NCBI GenBank assembly: GCA_050084515.1
Contig: CM114271.1
Coordinates: forward strand, 11,036,001-11,100,000
Length of the DNA stretch: 64,000 nucleotides
Direction of reading: 5' to 3'
Origin: Blasia pusilla
Taxonomy: Eukaryota
Of the stretch, positions 11,670-24,659 are shown piece after piece (position 1 is the stretch's first letter; each line of letters opens with the position of its first letter). Below the pieces are notes generated by a model. The model had not been told where the DNA came from and searched no databases. It saw only the letters and a program-made list of their open reading frames with translations. A program made the position numbers and the translations under genes.

Positions 11670-13928
11670 ATGGCTAAGAGACAGCGAACCATGAGCGAAA
11701 TGTTGGCCAAAGACGTAAGCCAAGACTTTACAGAGAACTCGAGCCGGTCATGGTCCTCGGATGGGAGGGAAAATGGGAATTCTGGTACTCCTTCCAATAG
11801 TCTAATTGAGAAGAATCAACTGGCTTGGAAGGATGTCTGGTATAGCTTATTTGACTAGATAGAGTTTCATGCGGAATCTGGTAGAATATTTTGTAAGGTT
11901 TGTAGACAAGGAAAGGGTAAGAATTCCTTTGCAAGGGATGGTGCCATAAACTGTAAGGTTTCAACCTTTACAGATCATGGCAAATCGATTGAGCATATGA
12001 AACTTTCTTGGGCTGCTAATATAGGACACAGGTCGATGGCCAAGGCCATTGCCACTACTAATCGGACTTGTGACGAAGCCTTGTTAACATTGTTCAAGTG
12101 TGCATACTTCATCGCCAAGGAATCATTGGCTTTTGCCAAATTCCCGAATCTGTGTAAGTTGTTACTCTCAATGAATGCACCAATCACCCGAGATTTATAC
12201 CAAGATGAGAAGACTTATGCTGATATGTGTTATTATATCAGTCAGGTAGTGCATAGAAGGACACTTTCAAAAGTTCAACAATCTCCTTTCTTTGGGATCA
12301 TGATTGACGAGTCCATTGATATTTCAGTAACGGGCCATCTCGTTGTATTTGCAACTTACTTGTTAGAAGGGCAGGTTGAGAATTCGTTCTTAGGATTGTT
12401 GCAATGTCCAAAGAAGTGTTCAAATGCCATTACTAACAATCTTTTGGAGTTGATTGAGGACTCAGGACTAGACAGTTCAAATATGGTGGCTTTTGGATCA
12501 GACGGAGCCTCAACTATGGTAGGTAGTCAGAATGGAGTAGCATCTCAGTTGAAGTTGAAAGCAAACCCATTTTTGCTCTCTGTACATTGTGTTGCACATC
12601 GGACCAATCTTGCTTCTTTGACAACAGCCAAAAGATCAGGTTGTAAAGATGTATCTATAGAGATTGATTCCATCTTGAATTCTGTAGCTGGATACTTTAG
12701 AAGGTCCTCAAAGAGGAAGTGTGCTCTTGCAACTTTGCAAGAGAAGTTTAATGACTCTCAGAAGGTCATGAGGAGATATCATAAAATTCGTTGGTTGTCT
12801 CGATGGCAAGCCGTGACTAGTTTGTGTGACTCCCTCGAATCTGTTCTCACCTATTTCAGGGACATTCCCCGCTCTGAAGATGATGGTAATGCTACTAACA
12901 TGTACAACAAGCTTAGATCATTTGAAATGATCTATGAGTTGTACTTTTTGGCAGACATATTGTTTATCCTTGGTAATTTGAGTAAGGTTTTCCAATACAA
13001 ATTTGTAGATGTTAGTACTATTGGTAGTATTGTGAATTCTGATATAGCCTCTATTACAATGACCTTTGTAATGGAGAATCATGACTTGAATGCTTCTACA
13101 TTCTCTGAAGAAACAGGTTATCATCTCTTACCTGATTTTGGACCTCCTGGAGGATACCTGAAACGACTGCAATATGAGATTAGGGGAAGAAAGTTCCATA
13201 GCATTGAAATGTCGAGAGATCGTACGGGAAAGGATTTACAGGGTGCTCTAACTTTCCAGAAGAACTTTGCTGAGAATGTATGTGTAGCCTTACATGATAG
13301 ATTTAGGGATAATAGTTTGATAGGTGCAATGAAAATTCTGAATCCTCTTCATGTGCCCTCAAGGTTAGTAGGGTTGAATAGTTGGGGTTGCAAGGAAGTG
13401 GATGATCTTTGTGCACATTTTTGAAGGGAAACGCCTTGTAGGGGTCACTTGCAACCACCTCTTGTGAATTCAGCAAGTGTGAAGTCTGAGTTCCAATCCT
13501 TTAAGCTCATGGCCACCACAGAATGGAAAGATAGAAACTTTCGAGATTTGTGGGCAATGGTAAGTTGGAGCCCATCTCTGCAATGTAAGTTCTCTAATTT
13601 GCTTGTATTAGTTAACATTGCTAGGGTACAATGTGTGAGTACTGCAATTTGTGAGAGAGCTTTCTCTGTGCAAAATTTGATCAAAACAAAAAGTCGGAAT
13701 CGATTGACGACTAAGCATTTAGATGCTGTTCTCAGGATAGCTTTAGAGGGTAAGATACTTGATTACGAGGATTTGTTGGTAGAATCAGTAATTCTTTGGA
13801 AAAATTCTGCTAACTTCAGATATGTGTATTCTAATCCAGAGAAATATGTGAAAGGTAAGGATGATACTCCATTGGAAGTTGCAAATGTAGAAGAGGATTC
13901 TCCAAGTGCCCCAATTTCAAATGTTTAG
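11670..13928 (+). pseudogene. hAT transposase (ZNF862/ZMYM-like) with premature stops
   Basis: N-terminal CKVC zinc-finger remnant, MIDESIDIS, GSDGASTMVG, HCVAHRTNL and RWLSR motifs, and C-terminal STAICERAFS dimerisation motif. Stops at 11858 and 13424. Confidence 0.92.
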
Positions 13929-15259
13929 TTGGTGGGAAAAGAGAGATGTGAGAGGTCCCTTTCATAATACATTGAAGTTTTGTTCTAAATCTTCAATGTA
14001 TTATGAAGGGGTAGGATCCTTGGCTCCCGGTTGGATGGAGGCCAGGCCAGGTTCAATTCCTGCCAAGGATATTACATGTGGGGTTTAGGGAGGAAAGAGT
14101 TTAGGGACCCAAGGAGATGGAACCAGGAATTAGAAGAAATCATGGAGTGAGTGTAAGAAGTGCTTGAGCAAGAAATCTGAATGGGGAAAATGTACAGAGG
14201 GCCAAAAAAGTTTTTAGCCGGTTCATATTCTAGCTACCGGAAAGTTTCCGAGGTTGTCTGAAAAGTTTTTGAAATCTGCCGGGAAAGTTTTTTAAAAGAA
14301 GGATAATCATTGGGAAAAAAATAATATATCAGATATTTGCCGGCTGAAAATTTTGCTGCCTTTTTTTGCCGATTAACATTTCCCTAGAACCGTCCTACTT
14401 TAAGGTTTTCCGGCAACCAGCGGGTTTCCGGAAAAAACCTCCCCGGACCCTGGTTCCGCGCCTAGTGCCTTGTCCATTATTAGGGCGCCTCACTCTAATA
14501 ATGGACAAGGCACTAGGAGGCCGTAAAATTTTAGACGTCCTTCAAGCTCTTGACTGTCAGCTCGTGGCCACCTACTTGTTGCGCCTTGTCGCAATCTTGC
14601 TGAGGACCTCTCCTCCCGACTACATTTCCAGGACATCCGGCTCGAGCATAGTAGGGCCACTCACTGTCGGAGTGGGGAGGCCTCCGGGAGTCGCGGCGAC
14701 GGCGAATGCCCGTTTGAAGAAACATGTACCTATACACGGCTCCCGTTTATGTGAACGACAATTTTTAAGGACGTCCGAAAGAGATTTTTGTCCTCAATTT
14801 TTTAAATTCTTGTTTATAAGAAGTTATTATTATTATTCAATAAAGTCCACTCGTGTGGACTAAACGGAAATTTCCTTTGTCCCCGTATTCCGTCAGGAGG
14901 AAAGGAGTGGCCCTAGTAGCCCGTGGGCTGCCGTAGGCCGCTGATTCCTACCGCCAAACGTCACTGTGCGGGTCCTTGTTGTGCCCAGACAGCCACAAAT
15001 TAGCATCAGACCTTCGTCAGACCCTTTTCTGCCTCTGTTCCTTCAAGGGCGCCGCGTCCCAACTACACGTGTTGCAAGTTGTTCTTGACTTCCACGTTAG
15101 GGCTATTGTCACTGTTAGACCTGGCCGTTACTCATTAGATGGCTATGATTAATGGCCATCAACTCACAAATTTTTTGTGATTTTGTTACACGTTGATAGT
15201 TAGTATCAACAGTGGTCATCGACGATGGTTGATTATTTTTTGATTTATGGGGTCCGAGT

Positions 15260-16544
15260 TTTATTTCCGCTTTGCTATGTTGTGATTGGTAGCCACTCGA
15301 CGACAATTGAGTACCATGCTGTGACGCCCATGGCCGCAACGCGCCACTGATTGTCGCGGCGTGTCGCTTGTGGCCGCTCCGCACCGTCTCGATTGCGGAC
15401 CCGCACCATCACTGGAGAGCAGAGCATGTGTTGCTATCGAGGAGGGTATGCCGATGAGTTCCGCATCCCATTTCTGAGTGCCATGCCCTTTGTAGCCGTT
15501 CCGTGCCGCAAGTGCCGCTCTATACCGCTAGATCCACACTGCACATTGAGAAGATTTGAGCATCGTCAGTCTCACAGGAGTACAACTTGCTTATTGGAGG
15601 AGTTTGTCTTCACGACCGAGTTGGGGTCGAGATTTACAGTTGCTAAGGAACGACATCGACATTTTTTCATGTTCCCCCACGTGTAGGGCTGATCTTTTGC
15701 CCTAAATGTGACGGAATTCCGGGTGTTGGGTAGTTATTTGGGGATATTGGGTTTCACATGGATGCTTAGAGCATCATTGATGTATGGGTTTAGGGGACAT
15801 ACATGTGTGTGGGATGTCTAAAGTTGAGGATGGTCTGTCGATGGGAGGATAGATTAGTCGATTTGCCGCACCACGCCGCTTGTTCCCACACATTACACAT
15901 CTTGGTGAGAGGGAATTTAGATTGAGTATCGCATGTTTAGTTCGGGTGATTGAAGGATTGAGAGTGATCGCGTAAGAGGGGCACGAGGGTCATTATAGCA
16001 TCCTTTCGAGACTTTGAGAGGCGAGGTGGTGGACATGAGAGTAGCTCTAGAGGTTTATCGCGGAGTGGCGCGAGGTTTTGAGGGTCTCCACGTGAGGGAC
16101 CACCTCGATCTTAGATGTTTTCATACAAGGGGGAGAGCGTAGAGGAGTTTGTTAGTGCATCACTGCACACATTGAGTGGTCCTACAGCTTGGAATTACGA
16201 GATGGACGACCGGGGTAGAGGATCACGTAGATTTTTGGGTGTTATAGGCACTATAGAGTTACATAACTTCATTGTGGAGTTTAGGAATTGGTGTGAGTCA
16301 CAGCGGGCTAGGAACTGCAGAGAGTTCAACCCGTTCAGAGCATGGAACGACATGTTCCGACATTTAGAGATAGACTAAGCCATTTCCAGATGAGGAGGAG
16401 GAATCAAGAGAGGCTACTTCCTCTTCCTCCTGTGATGTGTTAGGAGGGGTAACTCAAATTAGAGCAGTTGCATCATCTAGCCGGGTTTGTCCTAAGTTCA
16501 ACCCCGTGGTTGAGTTCTTTGCGGAGTTGTGGACAAGCTACCGG
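15260..16544 (+). mobile_element. Gypsy leader and gag fragment, same family as 1-3400, cut by the CACTA end
   Basis: Reverse-complement similarity to about 1700-3040. ORF 16115-16378 parallels ORF 1920-2225. Confidence 0.85.
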
Positions 16545-17899
16545 CACTAGAAAAAATCCCTGGTTTTATGCTTAGGTTATATTACTCATATGAGTCACAA
16601 ATTACACACCACGACTAACACTGACTAACGACTACTTTAGAAACAAAAGCCAAGTCATATTTATCCGGCAAGTGGGGTAACTAGGATGGTCGGCTCATGT
16701 GGACGCTCGTACATGACTAGGGGATGTAGTCATAAGTCCATGAGTGACACGTCACCTTGATGATGTGGAATAATGACACGTCAACGTATGACATGGAGTA
16801 ATGGGTGTGACTTGTCACTGATGACATGGACTATAAAATACAACTCGTGTAGTCATATATTGGGTATCTAGCTAGTTATCACCAATGACTATATGAGGCA
16901 TGTTTAGTCAAGTAAAAGTACACAATACCCAATGACAATGTGATAGGTGTATCCCATGGACTTGGAATCCACTCGGCGGTAATAGTCATGTCTCCACCAG
17001 TCATTAAATTTTTGGATTCAGTTGTAGTTGGCAACTCATGTAGTCATTTCAATTTTTTTTGATGCCGCGAGTACTCATGTAGACACGTTTAGTCACTCGC
17101 CGAGTAGTAACACATGACTAGAGTAGAAGGCCCTATAACTAGTATAACGATACTACCATGGAAGATGCGAGCAGGACCCAATGATTTATATGGTCATTGC
17201 AATATGACTGAATGAGTCATTTTTAGTGACTAGGTAGGAATGGAAGCTCACTGTGCCAATAATATTGATATCACTGGTAGTGAATGTAGATTTCCGTTTT
17301 GGAGTTTTTGATGAGTTTATAAATGTCTTTTGGAAGATATTTCAGTTATAATTGGATCTTAATTACTTAAATCTCGGTGTCCATTGTTGTTTCGAAATGC
17401 AACACAAAAGTTCATAAGTGTCTTAAGCGCTATATCCTTTTGTGTTATGAATTGGATTACTTAAATCATTGGAACATAAGAGACTTACAGTTTTTAAACC
17501 AAATGCATAATAACATGTTGACATCGATTGGATCTTGGCACTTCAACTACAAGCATATAATGCATGGACACTAGTAGTGACATCACGGAATGTTGTTAAG
17601 CCAAGGCATGCATTTTTTTCAGAATTCAGATGAGATACCGTAGGAACATCATGGTACAAATGGAACAAATGCAGTAAACCAAACATGCAACAGAACTAAG
17701 GAAACTCCTGAGATTGGAATGGAAAGGATGGACTCTCACCAAGGAAGAGTATGCAGATAATACAAATCTGCCACAATAGGAAAGATTTGAAGACAAACAA
17801 AACAACATATGGATTGCTTTAATTTAAGATAAAAAATCAGATCCGCTATTTTTATTGATACTCATTATCAGCGTGCTAGATAGATGTCTTATGCCCATT

Positions 17900-18247
17900 G
17901 AAGTCACCCACAAGAAATAAAAAACCAAAGTGCACCTTTAAGGAGTTAGGTGGCAAGAGGAGTGATTACTCTAATGTATCACCTTCCTCATATGCATCTC
18001 TGGCCAGAGCATGCTTGAACCTAGAGCATCACCAAACATTTCTTACGCATGTTCGTCTGCCAAAATTGGGCATCCATAGTGCATGTTCTGGATTGAACAC
18101 TTCAGTAAGATCGACCCTTATCATGCCTAGGGGAATATCTTTAGCATGAAACTTGTCCCTGCCACCAAAACCTGAAATGACCCCCGACCTTAGTACCATT
18201 CTACTCAACTTTGGTTTGGTGAGTAGTATGTGATGCCCAATTCGCAA
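17900..18247 (-). pseudogene. Possible fragment of a CACTA accessory (TnpA-like) gene
   Basis: GVISGFGGRDKFHAKDIPLGMIRVDLTEVFNPEHALWMPN lies on the transposase strand near the downstream TIR. Weak recognition only. Confidence 0.4.
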
Positions 18248-18479
18248 CTACAAGAATACAAAGGAAGGGCACATAGTTAGTACACATTCAAAGCATGCCT
18301 ACAAGTAGATGCACTAGCAACCTAAATGCTCTAAATTACCTCTTTGAAAGACCATTCCCATTTGAGAAGAACATGCAAAAAGTTCACAAGTCTTTGTCAT
18401 GGTAGATGAGGCGTAGGGCGAGATAGTATCAAGGCCTTAGAGGGGTCTTGTATTTCCCTATTTTGAGAGGTCATATGTG

Positions 18480-18910
18480 ACCTGCTTTTAGGAGGTGATG
18501 TATAAGTGTAGGTCATCCTTCCCTTTATGAGAAGTGGCAACGTGGGAGAGGTTGACCTTCAAAGCCATGTCGTCTACCGAGACGAGTGAGACATTGGCTG
18601 GGGGCGCGATGGTGATGGAGAGGCATCCATGGACTTCATTGGACATGTCACGAGAGCACAAAGAGATGGGAGTTCATTTCACTGATGCAAGATATAGTGG
18701 AGTGCCTAGAGAGTTGGTGTCTGAGTTGGGAGCGCATATTGCTGCTCCAAAGGTTGCTAGTTAGCAACCACCACCCTCCTCTTCTCCAGAGGTCATGAGA
18801 GAGACTTAGGAGCCAGTCATTGGTCCTAGATTGGCATGAACGAAGAGGAGACGAGTGTTGCAGTTATTGTGGAGATTCAGGGATTGTTTTGCCTATAGTA
18901 TGCATGATTC
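18480..18910 (+). mobile_element. Gypsy pol fragment (pre-RT region) of the PHD-integrase group
   Basis: EPVIGPRLA...FRDCFAYSM parallels EPLLGPQLT...YRSCFAFSM at about 28090-28185. Confidence 0.6.
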
Positions 18911-18979
18911 GGATATTGAAGATTGAGTTACAGTCAAGCTCATGAGATACCTAAACTGCTGCATTTGGTTCTCACACGA

Positions 18980-21900
18980 AGTAGGGAAGCTTAATCTTGG
19001 TTAGTCAGTTAAGCGTGATTATCTTAACTAGGGTTAGTTAATCACAATAAGTCTAACTCGAGACTATGGTTAAGGTTAGGGTTAGGGTTAGGGTTGCTTG
19101 TACATACCCTATATAATTGAGAAGGGGACCAACCTCCACTCATTTTCTCATTGCAAATTTCATTCTCCATGATGGTGTGTGAGTGTGAGAGTTATTTCGT
19201 ACCAATTATGTTTCTTTAGCAGTTTTCCATATGATATCACAGCGATAGGAGAACATCATTTGAAATTCTTGTTGTTTGAGAAGAGAAGAGAGGCAAGAGA
19301 AGGCACAATTTCAGTTTGGGAGAAGGAAAATTTATTCAGAGCTTAGTGGGTGCAGATTTCAAGTGGAGCTTTGACGGCGATAAAACTTTGGAGGCGTTTT
19401 TTAAGGCTTTCCCGGTCAATATAGCCATATGGGTCCGTAGTTTCTAGAACGATGCTAGAGGATGGTACTAACCGTCTTGAAAAGCTTGTTGAGAGCTTTC
19501 CAATGCATCCAAAATTGCTCAATTTTTACATTCGGAGCTCATGTAGTAGCAATTTTAGTGTAGGAAAGTGCAATTAGTGAAGAAAAGTGTGCAACTTGCT
19601 CTCTACAAGCCAATTTCGACTAGTTCTTTCATACAATTGATCAATTTTGGCAAATTTCATGTCCATTTCTATGTATGAGTGATCTATGCTTCAATTGGAG
19701 CCATAGAGAGCATGAAATTATATTTTTTGTGAGTAAAATCATTTTTCATGGAGTATTCCTCAACATAAATCATAGGGCAGAAGCTAAGATAGATAAGTAG
19801 AATTACAATTTCGTGAAGTTTCGCATGATATAAAGACAAGTAATCCACTACATTTCAATAACGATTAGTTCGCCGATGATATGTCACGTTCAAGATTTTG
19901 ATATTCCGAAGGAGGCCTCGGATGTTTGGAAAAGCTATTCGAGACATCTACAAAGGCCAAAAAGCGTCAATTGAAACACCAATTGAACAAAGTGAGGAAA
20001 GGATCGCAGAGCATCAATCATTATATTTTGAGTATCAGACATATTTTTGATCAGTTGAATAGCATTGGATTGACAGTAGAAGATAATGATATGATTTTGT
20101 TCACTCTTCAAGGCCTTCCCAAGGATTATAATTCCCTTAAGACCTCTATCTCTATGAGAGAGAAGTATCCAAACTTTCAAGAGTTAGTCTCACCGTTAAT
20201 CAATGAAGAGATGCGACTAGTAGGCAACGGTAGCTTGTCTAGTCTACAAGAGAGTGCGCTATTCGCAGATTATGGATCAAACAAAGGCAGGTGTCGTGGC
20301 AGAAGTTTCCGTGGTCGTGGTGGATATCAAGCATATGGAGGAAGAGACACTCAATATAACGTCACTCAATCAACTACGAAGCAGTTTCAGACACAATCAC
20401 AAGGTGGTGATGGTGAAAACCGTGGGGATCGAGGTCAACAACATTGGGTCCCTAAATCTTGCAATTATTATGGGATAAAGGGTCACTATGCAAAGTTTTG
20501 CTTCAAGAAGAATATAGATATGAGAACATGAGCCTTACAACAACCAAACTATGTGGAGCAACAACACCAAGAGCAATACCAAGAACAAAAACATTTACAA
20601 ACGGATCATCTCTTGGTTATGACTCATCATATGGGAGCAATGGTCAAGAAAGACTCGACAGCAGATTGGTACATTGACTCTAGTGCATCAAATCACGTGA
20701 CCTCACAAGCTAAATGGTTCAATAGTTGGGAGCCGGTGAAAGATCCTGCAATTGTGCTCATAGGAGATGATACTCAATATCATATCACACATACCGGTAA
20801 AGTTCCAATGACATCTAATGGTCTTTGTGCTCTTGGAAATATTCTCTATGTTCCCACCAATGTAAGAAACCAGATCTGTGTAGGACAGATAGTAGAACAG
20901 AGTTATCAAGTGAAGTTTAACGCAGACGGTTATTTTATTGAAACAATGGATGACTAGACTACGATAGCCAAAGGAACTAGATATGGCAGAATGTTCAAAT
21001 TAGATGTTTCTATGCTAGAGATTAAAACAAAAATCTATGGTCAAACCGGCCAACAAGTCACAGATCTAAATGTGTGGCATAAAAGAATTGGACATATGAA
21101 TCTTTAAAGATTATAGAGTCTTTCATCATCTAATACAGTAATAGGACTCCCTAAATTAGCGAGTCCTGCTACATTAGAGGTATGTTCTGCTTGCTAATTT
21201 GGAAAACAAGCTAGATTTCCTATAAAAGCAGGATAGAAGAGCATCTTGGATATTGGAGTTGATCTAGAGTGATGTGTGGACAACATCACAACATAGCCTT
21301 AGTGGTTGCCAGTAATTTATTTCAATTATTAATGACTTCTCTAGGTATATATGGATATACTTTTTGAAATCCAAGTCAGAGGTATTCTCAAGGTTCCAAA
21401 CATTCAGAGTTCTAGTAAAGAAGCAATCTAGATAACACATTCTGAAATTACGTTATGATGGAGGAGGAAAGTATCTTTCAACAGAGTTTGATGACTATTT
21501 ACCTTAGAATGGCATCCAACGTCAAGTGACTTGCCGTTTCTCTCCACAAAAAATGGAGTGGTAAAGAGGAAGAATCGACATATTGCTAAAGTGGCACGAG
21601 CTATGCTGAATCAGAAGAACATGTCTAAGGTGTATTAGGTAGAGGCTGTAGCATGTGCAGTCTTCTTAATCAACCGAACACCAACATCAGGAGTTCATGA
21701 TAAAACCTTATTCAAAGTCTTCATAGGAAGAACACTTGATTTCTCCTTCTTGAAAGTATTTGGCTATATTTGTTATGCTCATGTTCCATTTGACAGACGT
21801 CATAAATTAGACCCCAAGTCTGAAAGATGTATCTTCATTGCCTATGTTGATGGAACTAAGGGGTATAAGTGCTACATTCCATCATGTAGGCAACTTGTTA

Positions 21901-24659
21901 TTAGTCGCGATGTTGTCTTTGAAGAGCTAAAGTCATGGTATGCCCCATCAGAGCCTATTCCATCTCTAAACTTGTCTGTTGAGGGGGTGAATATGATTGT
22001 AAACCAACATACATTATCTTCAACTTCCTCAAGTACTAGTGCAGGATTAGGAGAGGTCTTAGATTCACCAGTTAAATCTGTGAGTCCATGGACGGGAATA
22101 GTACGCAAACAATTAGTTGACATCAGTCAGAGCTCAAGTCAGGTGTTAGAGGCATCCTGTTATGCGCCTACTCTCCTTGAACGTCAATCTCTAGTATTGC
22201 GGAATCGTACGTTCAGTAGGACACGCTCTCATCGCCGATCTGCACCCAAACACTCGTAAGTCGTAAGTCGGGTCTAGGCCAATCGTTCATCCAACCCACC
22301 GAGTCTTCTACTCGCCGTCTCAACAAGCTCACCCTTCCCTACTTCCTAGTTTACAATCATGGCAAGTCCTTCAAGACTTGGAACAAAATTTTTGGTTAGT
22401 CCATGAACCTAAAACGGCACTTGCGCGCCTAGCGGTCCCAACTATTCAACGAACCTCATGCGAGTTCCTAACCGGGACCCAAGTAATTGAGTCCCGGGTT
22501 GGAATCCAAGAGGGATCTCTAAAATTCACCTCAATAGACTTGGTTCAGGTTTTCAAGCCCAACTCCAAACTCCCGATGCGTTCCATGCCCTTGAGCCGCC
22601 CTGTGGCGCCCAAAGTGGGGTTCGAGTCCCAAGCACCCTTAGAGACCTCCCCCTTACTAGTACTTGTGGGGATCTCCACCCTCCCCCTATCTTTGGGAAA
22701 GGATGGTTGGGCCCTTCATTTTGGCCTTCAACCCGATTATACTTACAGTCGTTTTGGGGCCTTTCTCAGCCGCTACTTGTGCGTTTACGGATATCTCTAG
22801 TGCATCTCAATCGGATTTTCATAAGCTTTCCAACGCATTCTTATTTGTCCCAAATAAATCTCCTCACTAAACATTATGGCCAAAAATATAGTCAGAAACT
22901 CCCAAACGCCAGTGGCGTCACAAATTCGGATCACCTTCTTTGGCAACCCACTTCCTAGACTTGAATCCTCTCAAGTCCTGATCCGCGTTTGGTTTAGGTT
23001 TCTCAATCGTGACCACAACACATGAAACGCGAAGCGTCGCTTGCGTTTGAACTCTTGTCTCTTCTCGGAGACCACTCCAACGCGCAAACCATCTTAGCGT
23101 GAGCCCGCTAGTGTTCCGATGTTATGCTTTGGCACTTGTTTGGTCATGAGGGTCACGACACATCTACCTGTGAACAACAACTTTATAGATCAAGAAGATT
23201 TATACATCTAGTTCATAGATTGATAAATGAAGGGTTCCTTGCAACACATAATGCATATATGATGACTACCCTTCAAGAATAGGAGCCGGGTTGTTTTGAA
23301 GAAGTTGCAAGTAAAGTCGAATGGATTGAAGCTATGGAGGAAGAGCTTGTTGCATTAAGACATCAACAGACATGGGAGCTGGTTAATATACCTTCCGATA
23401 AGGAGGATATTGGTTGCAAATGGGTTTACAAAATCAAACGCAATCAAGATGGTACAAGTTACAAATACAAAGCAAGATTGGTGGCTAAAGGCTATGCACA
23501 ACAATATGCCGTCGATTATGAGGAAACGTTTAGCCCTGTTGCAAAGATGGCGACTACGAGAACACTGGTTGCACTTGCAGTAAGTAAGAAGTGCACATTA
23601 TATCACATGGACGTCAAGAATACTTTCTTGAATGGAGATCTATACGATGAGGTATATATGACTCAATCACCTGGATACGAGCATCCAAAGTTTCCATTTT
23701 GCGTATGCAGGTTGAAGAAAGCTTTATACGGGCTCAAACAAGATCCAAGAGTTTGGTATGATAAGATTACATACCTCCTACAAGAGTTGGGTTTTAGGGT
23801 ATGTGATTCTGACTTCTCTATATATGTCTTGAGATGACAAGATCATAAGGTTCTCATTGTGTTGTATGTTGACGATCTCCTGATTACTAGGAATACTGAA
23901 GAAATGGTACAACAAGTCAAGCTTTAGTTACAAACAGAGTTTGATATGAAGGACTTTAAGGAACTCAAGTACTTCCTTGGTATTGAGTTTATCAAGGTTG
24001 GAGAAAGCATGTGGTTATTACAACGATAATATGCTCTTCATATGCTTTCAAAATATGGTATGACGGCTTGTAAGCCAATCTCTACACCGTTGGATCAGAG
24101 TATGAAGCTAAGAGTGGATGAAGGAGAGTTGCTTGCAGATTCTAATATATACAAGAGCATGGTTGGAAGCTTGGTCTATCTAACTATAACCAGGCCAGAT
24201 TTGAGCTATATTGCTGGCCTAGTGAGCCAATTTATGCAAGCACCTCAAAAATCTCACCTTGATGTTGTGAGGAGGATTATGCGGTATGTGAAATTCTCTA
24301 TTCGATTCGGACTTCAATTTGAACCTTCTCTGAGTTTTGAATTATAGGGATTTATGAATGCTGATTGGGCAAGAAGCGTGTCTGATCAACACTCCATATG
24401 TGGTTATTCATTTACTTTGGGAAGTGCAGCTATAAGTAGGGCTTCAAATAAGCAACCTATAGTAGCTTTATCTTCAACACAGGCTGAGTGGAGAGGAGCA
24501 ACCAATAGAGCATGTGAGGCAATGTCGCTTCATCGATTACTTGTTGAGATTGGTGTTAGTAACTTAGGACCTAGTGTAACATATATAGACAATATTAGTG
24601 ACATCAAGCTTGGTAATAACCTTATGTTTCATGCTTGTATAAAGCATGTTAAGGTGCAT
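18980..24659 (+). mobile_element. Degenerate Ty1/copia element (5' LTR about 18980-19229, PBS, gag, PR, INT, RT, RNase H; no 3' LTR)
   Basis: The LTR matches 34539-34778. Motifs: WYIDSSASNH protease, KVFGYICYAH...KLDPKS, GCKWVYKIK...YKARLVAKGY, LYVDD, and ADWA...SSTQAE RNase H. Many stops. Confidence 0.93.
22158..23160 (-). mobile_element. Solo LTR of the chromovirus family seen at 4460-4720
   Basis: TG...CA, 1003 bp, flanks CATCC/CATCT. Its start is the reverse complement of the LTR end at 4695-4720. Confidence 0.88.

Larger units (their letters stand above)
9668..14452 (+). mobile_element. hAT DNA transposon with both termini
   Basis: TIRs CAACGTCCGGGGA / TCCCCGGACCCTG (11 of 13 complementary). 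TSD CTTCCGCG / GTTCCGCG (7 of 8). CCGG-rich subterminal regions and an internal transposase. Confidence 0.9.
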
